Assembly: GCA_022778545.1 (NCBI GenBank)
Contig: JALFDW010000041.1
Coordinates: forward strand, 1,483 to 65,482
Origin: a bacterium
GTDB taxonomy: Bacteria; Bacillota; Clostridia; Christensenellales; CAG-138
Length of the DNA: 64,000 bases
Direction: 5' to 3'
Shown here: piece by piece, positions 42,139-53,861 of the stretch
How the letters are laid out: each line of letters begins with the position of its first letter
Numbering within the stretch: position 1 is the stretch's first letter
Program-made: the position numbers and the translations under genes
Notes under the pieces: generated by a model
Told to the model about the DNA's origin: nothing
What the model saw: the letters and a program-made list of their open reading frames with translations, nothing else
The model's database searches: none

Positions 42139-43447
42139 GGGGTGTTTCCTTTCCGGCAAGGTAGTTGATGAATTGCTGCGCCGTGCGCCCGGATACGCCG
42201 CCGTGGCGGATCTCCCAGCGGTTTGCGAGCAGCAGCAGCTCCTCTTCCGGCAGGTCGAGCCTGCCTGCGCGCGCGGCGAGTCCGCGCACGATGTCGTGAT
42301 ATTGCTCCCTGTTGGGGCTTGAATAGTTGATGGCAACGCCGAAACGGCTTGCGAGGGAGAGCTTTTCCTCCATCGTGTCGCTGCGGTGGATATCGCCGTC
42401 ATGCTCCATGTCGCTGCGGTCGTTCCAGGTTTCGCGGATCAGGTGGCGGCGGTTGGAGGTGGCGTAAAGCAGCACGTTGTCCGGCCGGGTTTCCACGCCT
42501 CCTTCGATGACGGCTTTCAGGAACTTGTATTCCACCTCGTGCTCTTCAAACGAAAGGTCGTCGATGAAGATGATGAAGCGGTAGTTCCGGCGCTTTACGG
42601 CGGCGATGACGGCGGAAAGGTCGCGGAACTGGTGCTTGTAGATCTCGATCATCCGGAGGCCTTCTGCGGCGTATTCGTTGAGCACGGCTTTCACGCTCGA
42701 TGATTTACCCGTGCCGCTGTCCCCGTAAAGAAGCACGTTGTTCGCGCTGCGGCCGCGAACGAAGGCTTCCGTGTTGGCGACGAGCTCCCGCTTCTGATGC
42801 TCATAGCCGATGAGGTCGGAAAGCATGATCTTGTCCGCGTTGTTGATGGGCAGGAATTTCACGCCGCTGCCGTCGTTCTCTATGCGGAAGGCGCGGTTGA
42901 GGCCGAACATGCCGACGCCGTGCTCCCGGTAGAACCCGGTCACAAGGTCGAAAAACGCGGTTTCATCCTCCGCATGGGCAAGGGAGAGGCTCAGCGTCTG
43001 CACATGCTCGCTCACGCTCTTGTAGTAATTCTTCTCGAGTTTCGGGATAGCATGGTAATCCGAAAGCACGGAAAAGCAGTCGATTCCAAGGTCGCGCTCG
43101 ATGGCAGTGAAATCGTAATCGAACAGGCGCTTAAAAATGCGAAAATCCGCTTTGGCAAAGCGGTTGACGCTCCCTTCCGCGGCACCCCGGCGTTCCGCCG
43201 TGAGGCTGAAGGAGTTTTCGTTTGTGACGAGCACGAACGTGAGGTAATTGTGCCAGAGGTTCGTGTTGAAGCCATATTGCGTGGCGAGGTCGAGCAGGCG
43301 CTTCACCTCCGCATAAATGCGGGAAACGAGCGCCTCCGGCTCGCTGTTGTGCAGCCGCCAGTCGCGGAAGATCCCGGCGAGGCGCAGCAGGATGCTGTCC
43401 TCGCCGAGGTCACGATATAATAGAAGGTTGGATGTCAGTCTGTCCAT
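42125..43447 (-). CDS. DUF815-family AAA-type ATPase
   Basis: Walker A YGDSGTGKSS, Walker B IIFIDDLSFEE, and LYATSNRRHL, all typical of DUF815. I prefer the ATG at 43447, which follows GGAG. A TTG at 43480 would overlap leuB. Confidence 0.8.
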   Translation of the reverse strand: MDRLTSNLLLYRDLGEDSILLRLAGIFRDWRLHNSEPEALVSRIYAEVKRLLDLATQYGFNTNLWHNYLTFVLVTNENSFSLTAERRGAAEGSVNRFAKADFRIFKRLFDYDFTAIERDLGIDCFSVLSDYHAIPKLEKNYYKSVSEHVQTLSLSLAHAEDETAFFDLVTGFYREHGVGMFGLNRAFRIENDGSGVKFLPINNADKIMLSDLIGYEHQKRELVANTEAFVRGRSANNVLLYGDSGTGKSSSVKAVLNEYAAEGLRMIEIYKHQFRDLSAVIAAVKRRNYRFIIFIDDLSFEEHEVEYKFLKAVIEGGVETRPDNVLLYATSNRRHLIRETWNDRSDMEHDGDIHRSDTMEEKLSLASRFGVAINYSSPNREQYHDIVRGLAARAGRLDLPEEELLLLANRWEIRHGGVSGRTAQQFINYLAGKETPHADT

Positions 43448-43466
43448 GGCAAACTCCGCATCCGGC

Positions 43467-44540
43467 TCAAAGAACCGCAAGGATCGCGTCCGTCATGGCC
43501 GTGCAGCCAAGCGGCTTGGCATTGCTCGTTCCGAGGATGTCCGCCGTGCGCAAGCCGGCTGCAAGCACCCGGTCCACCGCGGCTTCGATGGCGTCCGCCT
43601 CAGCCGCAAGGCCGAAGGAATAGCGGAGCATCATGGCGGCGGAGAGGATGGTGGCGATGGGGTTCGCCTTGTCCTGCCCGGCGATGTCCGGCGCGGAGCC
43701 GTGGATGGGCTCATACAGGCCGCGTGTGCCGTCCCCGAGGGAGGCGGAGGGCAGAAGGCCGATGGAGCCGGTGATCTGCGAGGCCTCGTCCGAGAGGATA
43801 TCGCCGAACATGTTGGAGGTGACGACCACATCGAACTGGGAAGGGCAGCGCACGAGCTGCATGGCGGCGTTGTCCACCAGCATGTCCGAAAGGGCGACCT
43901 CCGGGTATTCCTCCCCGATGCGGTGCATGGTCTCGCGCCAGAGGCGGGAAGTTTCAAGCACGTTTGCCTTGTCGATGCTCACGAGCTTTCCGCCGCGCTT
44001 CTTTGCCGTTTCAAAAGCCACGCGGGCGATGCGCTCGATCTCCATCACGCTGTAGGCTTCGGTGTCGTAGGCTTCCGGGCCGAATTTGCCTTCGCGCCTG
44101 CCGCGTTCGCCGAAGTAGATGCCGCCGGTGAGCTCGCGCACGATCAGCAGGTCGAACCCTTTTGCCACGATGTCCGCCCTGAGCGGGCATTCTTCCGCAA
44201 ACGCGGGGTAAAGCTTTGCCGGGCGCAGGTTCGTGTAAAGGCCGAGTGCGGCGCGGATGCCGAGCAGCCCCTTCTCCGGGCGCAGCGCGGCGGGGTTCTT
44301 ATCCCACTTGGGGCCGCCCACCGCGCCGAGGAGCACGCTGTCGCTTGCGAGGCAGCCCTGCACGGTCTCCTCCGGCAGCGGTGTGCCGCATGCGTCGATG
44401 GCGCAGCCGCCCATGAGGTAATCCCGGAAGGTGAAAGTGTGGCCAAACTTTTGCCCGACCTTTTCGAGCACGCGCACGGCGCTCCCGACGATTTCGGGGC
44501 CGATGCCGTCACCCCGGATCAGTGCGATCGTATAGTTCAT
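43467..44540 (-). CDS. leuB: 3-isopropylmalate dehydrogenase
   Basis: 357 aa. [17 protein letters not shown]...the [12 protein letters not shown] motif. Confidence 0.96.
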   Translation of the reverse strand: MNYTIALIRGDGIGPEIVGSAVRVLEKVGQKFGHTFTFRDYLMGGCAIDACGTPLPEETVQGCLASDSVLLGAVGGPKWDKNPAALRPEKGLLGIRAALGLYTNLRPAKLYPAFAEECPLRADIVAKGFDLLIVRELTGGIYFGERGRREGKFGPEAYDTEAYSVMEIERIARVAFETAKKRGGKLVSIDKANVLETSRLWRETMHRIGEEYPEVALSDMLVDNAAMQLVRCPSQFDVVVTSNMFGDILSDEASQITGSIGLLPSASLGDGTRGLYEPIHGSAPDIAGQDKANPIATILSAAMMLRYSFGLAAEADAIEAAVDRVLAAGLRTADILGTSNAKPLGCTAMTDAILAVL

Positions 44541-45034
44541 TCCTGTGCCTCCTGCCGTGCTTTCAGGTAGGGAAGCAGGCCGCCCTTTTCGATGATGCGC
44601 GTTATGAACTCCGGGAAAGCCGTGGCCTGGAAGCGTGCGCCGGTGGTCTCATCCGCGATCTCGCCTGTGGAGAAGTCCACTGAGACCACATCGCCCTCCA
44701 CAATGGCTGCGGCGGCTTCCGGGCACTCCAGAATCGGGAAGCCGATGTTGATGGCGTTGCGGTAGAAAATGCGCGCGAAGCTCGTGGCGATCACGCAGGA
44801 AACGCCCGCAGCCTGAATGGCGATGGGCGCATGCTCGCGGGAGGAGCCGCAGCCGAAGTTCGCGCCGCCCACGATGATCTCGCCCGGTTTAACGCGGGAA
44901 GCGAACGTGGGGTCGATGTCCTCCATGCAGTGCTTTGCAAGCTCTGCCGGGGAGGGGGCGTTCAAGTATCTTGCGGGGATGATGACATCCGTGTCGATGT
45001 TGTCCCCAAACTTATGCACGATGCCTTTTGCCAT
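44537..45034 (-). CDS. leuD: 3-isopropylmalate dehydratase small subunit
   Basis: 165 aa, short Clostridial-type LeuD with [14 protein letters not shown]. It lies within the leuACDB block. Confidence 0.94.
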   Translation of the reverse strand: MAKGIVHKFGDNIDTDVIIPARYLNAPSPAELAKHCMEDIDPTFASRVKPGEIIVGGANFGCGSSREHAPIAIQAAGVSCVIATSFARIFYRNAINIGFPILECPEAAAAIVEGDVVSVDFSTGEIADETTGARFQATAFPEFITRIIEKGGLLPYLKARQEAQE

Positions 45035-45040
45035 GGTGCG

Positions 45041-46312
45041 TCACGCTCCTTTCATAACGTCTGCCGGGTCGGCCAGGCAGCCTGCCACGGCGGAAGCCGC
45101 GGCAACGGCGGGGGAAGCGAGCACGACTTCGCTCTTCACATGCCCCATCCTGCCCACAAAGTTGCGGTTCGTGGTGGAAACGGCGCGTTCGCCCGCGCTC
45201 ATCACGCCCATGTGGCCGCCGAGGCAGGGGCCGCAGGTCGGCGTGGAAAGCGCGCAGCCTGCCGCGATGAAGGTTTCCGCGAGGCCCTCCCGGATGCACT
45301 GGAGGTAGATCTCCTGCGTGGCGGGGATCACGATGCAGCGGACGCCGGGGGCGATATGCCTGCCGCGGAAGATCTCCGCCGCCTGCCGCAGGTCGGAAAT
45401 GCGGCCGTTGGTGCAGGAGCCGATGACCGCCTGCTGGATAGGCATGCCCTTCGCTTCAGAGATCGTTTTCGTGTTGGAAGGCAGGTGCGGCAGGGAGACG
45501 GTCGGCTCAAGTGCCGAAAGGTCGATCGTAACGGTGCGGGCATATTCCGCGTCCGCATCCGCCGCATAGACGGTGTAGGGCCGGTTCACGCGGCCGCTTA
45601 CATATTCGATGGTTGTTTCATCCACGGGGAAAATGCCGTTCTTCGCGCCCGCTTCGATGGCCATGTTGGCGATGGTGAAGCGGTCGTCCATCGAAAGGGA
45701 GGCTACGCCTTCGCCCGTGAATTCGAGGGACTGATACAGCGCGCCGTCCACGCCGATCTCTCCGATCAGGTGCAGGATCACGTCCTTGCCGCTCACATAG
45801 GGGCGGAGTTTGCCCGTGAGCTTCACCTCGATGGCCGCGGGCACCTTGAACCAGTTTTCGCCGATGGCCATGCCGGCCGCCATGTCCGTGGAGCCGACGC
45901 CCGTGGAAAACGCGCCGAGAGCGCCGCAGGTGCAGGTGTGGGAATCCGCGCCGATCACGCAGTCGCCGGGGGCGACGAGGCCCTTTTCCGGCAGCAGCGC
46001 ATGCTCGATGCCCGATTCACCCACGTCATACAGGTGGGTGATGCCGTGCTTCTTTGCAAACGCGCGCGCCTGTGCGCAAAGCTCCGCGGATTTGATGTCC
46101 TTGCAGGGGGTGTAATGATCGAGCACGATGGCGATCTTCTCCCTGTCGAACACCTTCGTAAGGCCGGCCGCCTCAAACGTGGTGATGGCGACGGGTGTGG
46201 TAATGTCGTTGCCGAGCACGAGGTCCAGCTTCGCTTCGATGAGGTCGCCCGCCTTCACTGCGGGGAGCCCCGCGTGGGCGGCGAGGATCTTTTCCGTCAT
46301 GGTCATGCCCAT
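45041..46312 (-). CDS. leuC: 3-isopropylmalate dehydratase large subunit
   Basis: 423 aa, aconitase-family. Fe-S Cys ligand contexts are GADSHTCT and GSCTNGR...CGPCLG. Confidence 0.96.
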   Translation of the reverse strand: MGMTMTEKILAAHAGLPAVKAGDLIEAKLDLVLGNDITTPVAITTFEAAGLTKVFDREKIAIVLDHYTPCKDIKSAELCAQARAFAKKHGITHLYDVGESGIEHALLPEKGLVAPGDCVIGADSHTCTCGALGAFSTGVGSTDMAAGMAIGENWFKVPAAIEVKLTGKLRPYVSGKDVILHLIGEIGVDGALYQSLEFTGEGVASLSMDDRFTIANMAIEAGAKNGIFPVDETTIEYVSGRVNRPYTVYAADADAEYARTVTIDLSALEPTVSLPHLPSNTKTISEAKGMPIQQAVIGSCTNGRISDLRQAAEIFRGRHIAPGVRCIVIPATQEIYLQCIREGLAETFIAAGCALSTPTCGPCLGGHMGVMSAGERAVSTTNRNFVGRMGHVKSEVVLASPAVAAASAVAGCLADPADVMKGA

Positions 46313-46315
46313 GTG

Positions 46316-47863
46316 TCATGCCTCCTTTTCTGCGGTTTGGGCGGCAAGCGGGCTCGCCTGGAGCTTGTTCGCCGCTTCGATATAGGCGAGGATGCTCGCC
46401 TCGATGATGTCCGTGGAAAGGCCGCGCCCGGTGAACGTTTCGTTCCCGGCGGAAAGCTTCACGGTGACGCTGCCGAGCGTGTCCTTGCCCTCCGAAATGG
46501 AGTTGATGGTATACAGCTCGAACGAATGGGGGATGGGCTTTATGATCTTGTCGATGGCGTTGAAGGAAGCGTCGATGGGGCCGTCGCCCAGGCAGACTTC
46601 CTCAAAGCGCTCATCGCCCCGCTTGAGGCTCATGGTGCTCGTCGCCGTGGTGAAATTGCTCGTGTGCACGGCGAACCAGTCAAGCGTATAGCCGCCTTCG
46701 GTTACGGCGCTCTTCTTGGTGCTGTGCGTCACAAGCGCTTCGATGTCCGCGTCATTCACGGTCTTTTTCTTGTCGCAGAGCACCTTGAATTCCTGGAAGC
46801 AGCGCACGAGCTCCTCCTGCGAAAGGGTGTAGCCCATCTCCTTGAGGCGCGATTCAAACGCGTGCTTGCCGGAATGTTTGCCGAGCACGAGGTTGTCCGC
46901 GCGGATGCCGATGGATTCCGGCGTCATGATCTCATAGGTCTGCTTGTTGGCGAGCACGCCGTGCTGGTGGATGCCCGCCTCGTGCATGAAGGCGTTCTTG
47001 CCGACGATGGGCTTGTTGAGCGGCGCGCTCTGGCCGATGATGTCATAGACCGTCTTGCTGGCGCGGTAGATCTGCGTGGTGTCAATGCGCGTGGCGGCAT
47101 CGAACACGTCCGCGCGGGTGCGCATGGCCATGACCACTTCCTCAAGGGAGGTGTTGCCCGCCCGTTCGCCGAGGCCGTTGATGGTGCACTCGATCTGCGT
47201 TGCGCCGCCGAGCACGCCCGCGAGCGAGTTCGCCGTGGCCATGCCGAGGTCATTGTGGCAGTGGACGGAGAAATCCGCCCGGTCGCTGTGCTCCACGTTG
47301 GCGCGCAGATATTCGATCAGCGCGCGCATTTCGCCCGGCGTGGTGTAGCCCACGGTGTCCGGGATGTTCACGGTCGTGGCGCCGTTCCGGATGGCGGCCT
47401 CCACCACCTTCGCGAGGAAGGCGGGGTCGCTCCGCGTGGCATCCTCAGCGGAGAATTCGATGTTCGAGCAGTACTTCTTCGCGTAGGCTACCATGGCGGC
47501 GGCCTTTTCGAGCACCTCTTCCGGCTTCATGCGCAGCTTGTATTCCATGTGCAGCGGGGAAGTGGCGATGAACAGGTGGATGCGCGGGTCGGCAGCATGC
47601 TTCACGGCATTCCATGCCGTGTCGATGTCGCCCGTTGCGGCGCGCGCCAGGGAGGCGACGGTGCAATCTTTCACCGTACGCGCGATGGTTTCGACGGATT
47701 CGAAATCCCCGGGGGAGGAGATGGCGAAGCCCGCCTCGATCACATCCACCCGGAGCCGCTCGAGTGCGCGAGCAACTTCGATCTTTTCCTGAAGGTTCAT
47801 GCTGCACCCGGGCGATTGTTCACCGTCGCGCAGCGTGGTATCGAAAATTTTGATCTGTTTCAT
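46316..47863 (-). CDS. leuA: 2-isopropylmalate synthase
   Basis: 515 aa. IFDTTLRDGEQSPG...HCHNDLGMATAN, plus a C-terminal regulatory domain. Confidence 0.95.
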   Translation of the reverse strand: MKQIKIFDTTLRDGEQSPGCSMNLQEKIEVARALERLRVDVIEAGFAISSPGDFESVETIARTVKDCTVASLARAATGDIDTAWNAVKHAADPRIHLFIATSPLHMEYKLRMKPEEVLEKAAAMVAYAKKYCSNIEFSAEDATRSDPAFLAKVVEAAIRNGATTVNIPDTVGYTTPGEMRALIEYLRANVEHSDRADFSVHCHNDLGMATANSLAGVLGGATQIECTINGLGERAGNTSLEEVVMAMRTRADVFDAATRIDTTQIYRASKTVYDIIGQSAPLNKPIVGKNAFMHEAGIHQHGVLANKQTYEIMTPESIGIRADNLVLGKHSGKHAFESRLKEMGYTLSQEELVRCFQEFKVLCDKKKTVNDADIEALVTHSTKKSAVTEGGYTLDWFAVHTSNFTTATSTMSLKRGDERFEEVCLGDGPIDASFNAIDKIIKPIPHSFELYTINSISEGKDTLGSVTVKLSAGNETFTGRGLSTDIIEASILAYIEAANKLQASPLAAQTAEKEA

Positions 47864-47877
47864 GTGTTATCCTCGGT

Positions 47878-49539
47878 TTATTGCAGAATCGCGCCCTCAT
47901 CGGCGGAACTTACGAGCTTGGCATAGCGCGCAAGGTAGCCGGTCTTGACTTTTGGCTCGGGGCAGACCCACGCGGCCTTGCGGCGGGCAAGCTCCTCGTC
48001 GGAAACGAGCAGCGTGATCTCACAGGCAGGGATGTTGATGCGGATACGGTCGCCCTCTTCCACAAAGGCGATGGTGCCGCCCGCGGCGGCTTCCGGGCTG
48101 ACGTGGCCGATGGATGCGCCGCGCGTTGCGCCGGAGAAGCGCCCGTCCGTGATGAGCGCAACGCTCTCGCCAAGGCCCATGCCGCAGATGGCGGAGGTGG
48201 GGTTGAGCATTTCACGCATGCCGGGGCCGCCCTTCGGGCCTTCATAGCGGATGACCACCACGTCGCCGGGGTTGATCTTCTTTGCGTAGATGGCAGCGAT
48301 GGCTTCCTCTTCGGAATCAAACACGCGGGCGGGACCCTCGTGCTGCATCATCGCAGGGGCGACGGCGGACTGCTTCACGACGCAGCCGCGTTCCGCCAGG
48401 TTGCCCTTGAGCACCGCGATGCCGCCGTTTTCGGAATAGGGCCGCTCCACGGGGCGTATGATCTCCTCGTTGCGGTTTTCCGCCGCGTTCACGGTCTCCG
48501 CAAGGGGTTTGCCTGTTACGGTCATGACGGAGAGATCGAGCAGGTTCTTCTTCGAAAGCTCCTTCATCACGGCTGCGACGCCGCCCGCAAGGTCAAGATC
48601 CTCCATGAAGGTGTCGCCCGCAGGGGCAAGGTGGCAAAGGTTCGGCGTTTTTGCGCTGATGGCGTTTGCCGCATCGAGGCTGATCGTGACGCCTGCTTCA
48701 TGGGCGATGGCAGGCAGGTGCAGCATGGTGTTTGTGGAGCAGCCGAGCGCCATGTCCACGGTCTCCGCGTTGTGGAAGGCGGCTTCGGTCATGATGTCGC
48801 GGGGACGGATATTCTTTTCTACAAGCTCCATGATCTTCATGCCCGCATGCTTTGCAAGACGCAGGCGCGCGGAATACGCGGCGGGGATGGTGCCGTTGCC
48901 CGGAAGCGCCATGCCGATGGCCTCCGCAAGGCAGTTCATGGAGTTTGCGGTGTACATGCCGGAGCAGGAACCGCAGGTGGGGCAGGCGTTCTCTTCATAA
49001 TCGCGCACGCCGGCTTCATCGAGCGTGCCCGCATGGTAGGCGCCCACGGCTTCGAACATGTGGCTGAGGCAGGTGCGGCGGCCGTCCTTGAGGCGGCCCG
49101 CGAGCATCGGCCCGCCGGAACAGAGGATGGTGGGAACGTTGATGCGCGCTGCGGCCATGAGAAGGCCGGGCACATTTTTATCGCAGTTGGGGATCATGAC
49201 GAGCCCGTCAAACTGGTGGGCGATGGCCATAGCCTCCGTGGAATCGGCGATGAGGTCGCGCGTGACGAGCGAATACTTCATGCCGATGTGCCCCATTGCG
49301 ATGCCGTCGCACACGGCGATGGCGGGGAAGAGCACAGGCGTACCGCCGGCCGCGCGCACACCGGCCTTGACCGCTTCCGCGATCTTGTCCAGGTTCATGT
49401 GGCCGGGGACGATCTCGTTGAAGGAGGTCACCACGCCGATGAGCGGGCGGCGGATCTCCTCTTCCGTGTAGCCGAGCGCGTAAAGCAGGCTGCGGTTCGG
49501 CGCGCGCTCCACGCCGGTTTTGATATTATCGGAAAGCAT
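47878..49539 (-). CDS. ilvD: Dihydroxy-acid dehydratase
   Basis: 553 aa. [16 protein letters not shown]...CDKNVPG...[10 protein letters not shown]. Confidence 0.97.
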   Translation of the reverse strand: MLSDNIKTGVERAPNRSLLYALGYTEEEIRRPLIGVVTSFNEIVPGHMNLDKIAEAVKAGVRAAGGTPVLFPAIAVCDGIAMGHIGMKYSLVTRDLIADSTEAMAIAHQFDGLVMIPNCDKNVPGLLMAAARINVPTILCSGGPMLAGRLKDGRRTCLSHMFEAVGAYHAGTLDEAGVRDYEENACPTCGSCSGMYTANSMNCLAEAIGMALPGNGTIPAAYSARLRLAKHAGMKIMELVEKNIRPRDIMTEAAFHNAETVDMALGCSTNTMLHLPAIAHEAGVTISLDAANAISAKTPNLCHLAPAGDTFMEDLDLAGGVAAVMKELSKKNLLDLSVMTVTGKPLAETVNAAENRNEEIIRPVERPYSENGGIAVLKGNLAERGCVVKQSAVAPAMMQHEGPARVFDSEEEAIAAIYAKKINPGDVVVIRYEGPKGGPGMREMLNPTSAICGMGLGESVALITDGRFSGATRGASIGHVSPEAAAGGTIAFVEEGDRIRINIPACEITLLVSDEELARRKAAWVCPEPKVKTGYLARYAKLVSSADEGAILQ

Positions 49540-49564
49540 GTTGAATCCCTCATTCTCGTTTGTG

Positions 49565-49595
49565 TGAAAAAAGGCGGGCGGCCGGAGGCCGCCCC
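49565..49595 (-). terminator. Intrinsic-terminator-like hairpin between ilvC and ilvD (a second palindrome lies at 49609-49637)
   Basis: Minus strand: GGGCGGCC-TCC-GGCCGCCC followed by GCCTTTTTT. Upstream lies the palindrome CGGGAAAGCGGG/CCCGCTTTCCCG. Confidence 0.5.
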
Positions 49596-49657
49596 AGCGT
49601 GGAAAGAGCGCGGGAAAGCGGGGATCCCGCTTTCCCGGAAAGCTCCGCTTAATCCGC

Positions 49658-51209
<1,552 letters not shown>

Positions 51210-51225
51210 CTGCAATCCCTCCTTT

Positions 51226-52932
51226 TTAATCAATGATGAACTGGGTGATCCGGCTGCCGCCGTTCACCATCGGGCGCACCATTTCGTCCTGGTCGATGGC
51301 GCAGTCGATCACATAGCCGTGGTTCCATTCCATGGCCTCTTTGATAGCGGCCTCAAGCTCCTGCACGTTCGATACGCGCTTCCCGCGCAGACCGTAGGCT
51401 TCCGCGAGCTTTACGAAATCGGGCGCACGGTCGAGCGTGGTTTCGGAGTAGCGCTTGTCGTAGATCAGCGTCTGCCACTGGCGCACCATGCCGAGCGTTT
51501 TGTTGTTGAACACGAAGGTGATGACCGGGATGTCATAATACTGCTCCGTGGCAAGCTCGTTGCAGTTCATGCGGAAGCTGCCGTCCCCGGTGATGTGGAT
51601 GACGGTCTTTTCCGGGTTGCCCGCCTTCGCGCCGATGGCCGCGCCGAGGCCGAAGCCCATCGTGCCGAAGCCGCCGGAGGTCAGAAGCTGGCCGGGGTAA
51701 TCGAAGTGGAAGTGCTGGATGGCCCACATCTGGTGCTGCCCTACATCCGTGGCGACCATGGTGTCCATCGGCATGAGCCGCGCGATGGCGTCCGTGATCT
51801 GCTTGGGGGTCAGGGTGCTTCCGCCTTCGTCGTATTCCGTTTCCGTCTTGAAGGAGAAAACGTAATCCTTCCACGGGGTGTGATCCATCGGCTCAAGCTC
51901 GTCGAGCAGCATTTGCAGCACGCGCTTCGCATCGCCGATGATGTGGTGGTCGGTCTGCACGTTTTTGTTGATCTCCGAGCGGTCGATGTCGATCTGCACG
52001 ATTTTGGCCTGGCTCGCAAAGCTTGCCGGGTCAAGCGCCAAGCGGTCGGAGAAGCGGCAGCCCACGGCGATGAGCAGATCACAGCTGTCGCAGGCCATGT
52101 TGGAGGCCTGGGAGCCGTGCATGCCGATCATGCCCGTGGTGAGCGGGTTGCGCCCCTTGAAGCCGCCGCCGCCCATGAGGGTCACGGCAACGGGCGCGTC
52201 GATGCGCTCCGCAAATTCCAGAAACTCGCGGTCCGCCCGGCTGCGCACCACGCCGCCGCCGCAGATGAGGAGGGGCTTTTGGGAAGCGCGGATCATTTCG
52301 ACCAGCTTGTGCACGTCATGCTGATCCGGCTCCGGTGCGCGCAGGTCATGCGAAGCGCGCTTGATGAGCGCGCCGAGCCGCCCTTCAGAAGCATGCGCTT
52401 CCCGGGGCAGGGGGGTGAATTCCGCCATTTGCGCCGTTGCGTTTTTCACGATGTCGATGAGCACCGGCCCCGGCCTGCCGCCGCGGGCGATGGCGAACGC
52501 TTCGCGCAAGATGTCCGCAAGCTTTGCGGCGTCGCGCACCATGTAGTTGCACTTGGTGATGGGCATGGTGATGCCCGTGATGTCAACTTCCTGGAAGGAG
52601 TCCTTGCCCACGAGGTTTTCCGCCACGTTGCAGGTGATGAACACCACAGGGGAAGAATCCATGTAGGCCGTGGCGATGCCCGTGGTAAGGTTGGTGCACC
52701 CCGGGCCGGAGGTGGCAAAGCACACGCCCACTTTGCCGGTGGAACGGGCATAGCCGTCCGCCGCGTGGGAAGCGCCCTGCTCGTGCGCGGTCAGGATGTG
52801 CCGGATCTTGCCGCGGTAGCGGTAAAGCTCATCATAAACATTCAGAATGGTGCCGCCGGGGTAGCCGAAAATGGTATCGACGCCCTGTTCGAGCAGGCAT
52901 TCCATCAGAATTTTTGCGCCTGTCATCTGCAT
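51226..52932 (-). CDS. ilvB: Acetolactate synthase large (catalytic) subunit
   Basis: MQMTGAKILMECLLEQGVDTIFGYPGG.... The ThDP motif is GDGSFRMNCNELAT. An upstream in-frame Met lacks an RBS. Confidence 0.95.
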   Translation of the reverse strand: MQMTGAKILMECLLEQGVDTIFGYPGGTILNVYDELYRYRGKIRHILTAHEQGASHAADGYARSTGKVGVCFATSGPGCTNLTTGIATAYMDSSPVVFITCNVAENLVGKDSFQEVDITGITMPITKCNYMVRDAAKLADILREAFAIARGGRPGPVLIDIVKNATAQMAEFTPLPREAHASEGRLGALIKRASHDLRAPEPDQHDVHKLVEMIRASQKPLLICGGGVVRSRADREFLEFAERIDAPVAVTLMGGGGFKGRNPLTTGMIGMHGSQASNMACDSCDLLIAVGCRFSDRLALDPASFASQAKIVQIDIDRSEINKNVQTDHHIIGDAKRVLQMLLDELEPMDHTPWKDYVFSFKTETEYDEGGSTLTPKQITDAIARLMPMDTMVATDVGQHQMWAIQHFHFDYPGQLLTSGGFGTMGFGLGAAIGAKAGNPEKTVIHITGDGSFRMNCNELATEQYYDIPVITFVFNNKTLGMVRQWQTLIYDKRYSETTLDRAPDFVKLAEAYGLRGKRVSNVQELEAAIKEAMEWNHGYVIDCAIDQDEMVRPMVNGGSRITQFIID

Positions 52933-52999
52933 GTATAAAAAATCCTCCAAAACCCGCCTGCCGCCGCGCTCCACGGCGCGAAACGGGATGTTATTCTTT

Positions 53000-53285
53000 A
53001 AAAAAACCCTGAAGCCGAATTGGCTTCAGGGACGAAAGTTCGCGGTACCACCCTGATTATCGCATCCCAATATGCCTGGGAAACAAACGATCACTCATGT
53101 TCAAGGCTCTAACAAGCCTTTAGCCTGTAACGGGGCGGCCGTAACGCCTTACTGCTTCAGGTTGGGGCGTTCTACTCGGGAAGGAGACTGCACAGTATCT
53201 TCCGGACCGGCTTGCAGCAAAACGCCGGCTCTCTGAACCGTTTGATACGGGCATAATTCCGTCTGCGTATTATTATTCAGCATTG
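53000..53285 (-). promoter_or_regulatory. T-box riboswitch leader of the ilv-leu operon (specifier tentatively CUC, Leu)
   Basis: All reads are on the minus strand. The AG bulge is TCAGAGAG and the distal loop is GCTGCAA. The 3' K-turn half is CGAGTA. The T-box motif is AATCAGGGTGGTACCGCG (53058-53041). The terminator CCCTGAAGCC/GGCTTCAGGG is followed by TTTTTTT (53031-53000). CTC at 53186-53184 precedes the basal stem but is followed by C rather than the usual purine. Confidence 0.85.
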
Positions 53286-53291
53286 CCTGCA

Positions 53292-53320
53292 ATACTACCA
53301 TAGAAACCATGCTTTGTCAA
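53292..53320 (-). promoter_or_regulatory. Promoter of the ilv-leu T-box leader
   Basis: The minus strand reads TTGACA-N17-TAGTAT, with TGG immediately upstream of the -10. Confidence 0.65.
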
Positions 53321-53458
53321 GCGGTCATTTGGAAACGGAATGCCTTGAATTGTAGTCCTGCAGAAGCGGGGGCAGCTCTCTCCGCATTTGCGCTTGACGG
53401 CGGGCGCGATAGCTGTTAAGCTTTTAAAAAATCGGCGTTTCAGGAGGGTTGGACGCAC

Positions 53459-53692
53459 ATGAAAATCAGGGATATCAACGAACCCAAGCGTTTTTTTGAA
53501 GCGGTGAATGCCTGCCGCGGCCACGTTGAGCTGCTCACCAGCGAGGGCGACCGGCTCAACCTGAAATCCACGCTTTGCCAATACATCGCGCTTACGCAGA
53601 TGTTTCAGGATGGGCGTGTGGAGGGCGTCGAACTGAGCCTGAGCGACCCTGAGGATTTCAAACTGCTCATGGAGTTTCTTGTGACAGAATAA
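53459..53692 (+). CDS. Small hypothetical protein, possibly HPr-fold-like but without the active-site His motif
   Basis: 77 aa, with the RBS AGGAGGG 9 nt upstream and its own terminator. ...HVELLTSEGDRLNLKSTL...VELSLSDPEDFKLLMEFL loosely resembles the C-terminal two-thirds of HPr. This is a weak call. Confidence 0.5.
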   Translation: MKIRDINEPKRFFEAVNACRGHVELLTSEGDRLNLKSTLCQYIALTQMFQDGRVEGVELSLSDPEDFKLLMEFLVTE

Positions 53693-53705
53693 GAAAAGCA
53701 TGCTT

Positions 53706-53731
53706 CCGCCGCCGCTCTGCGGCGGTTTTTT
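53706..53731 (+). terminator. Rho-independent terminator
   Basis: CCGCCGC pairs with GCGGCGG, followed by TTTTTT. Confidence 0.75.
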
Positions 53732-53861
53732 GTATCGCCGAAACGGCAATGGCGCTTTGGCTTATTGAGGATTATCGGAATTCATGATAAGCTAAAATAT
53801 ATATCTGTAATCATTTATGTCTGCTCTGATTTATAACCGGTGAGCTGTGCGGAGGAAAGCA

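Noticed and set aside
53273-53749. 158-aa minus-strand ORF overlapping the ilv promoter region and the 77-aa gene.
   Set aside because: It runs antisense to the small plus-strand ORF, which has its own RBS and terminator. It would also have to be transcribed through the ilv-leu promoter. No motifs are present.
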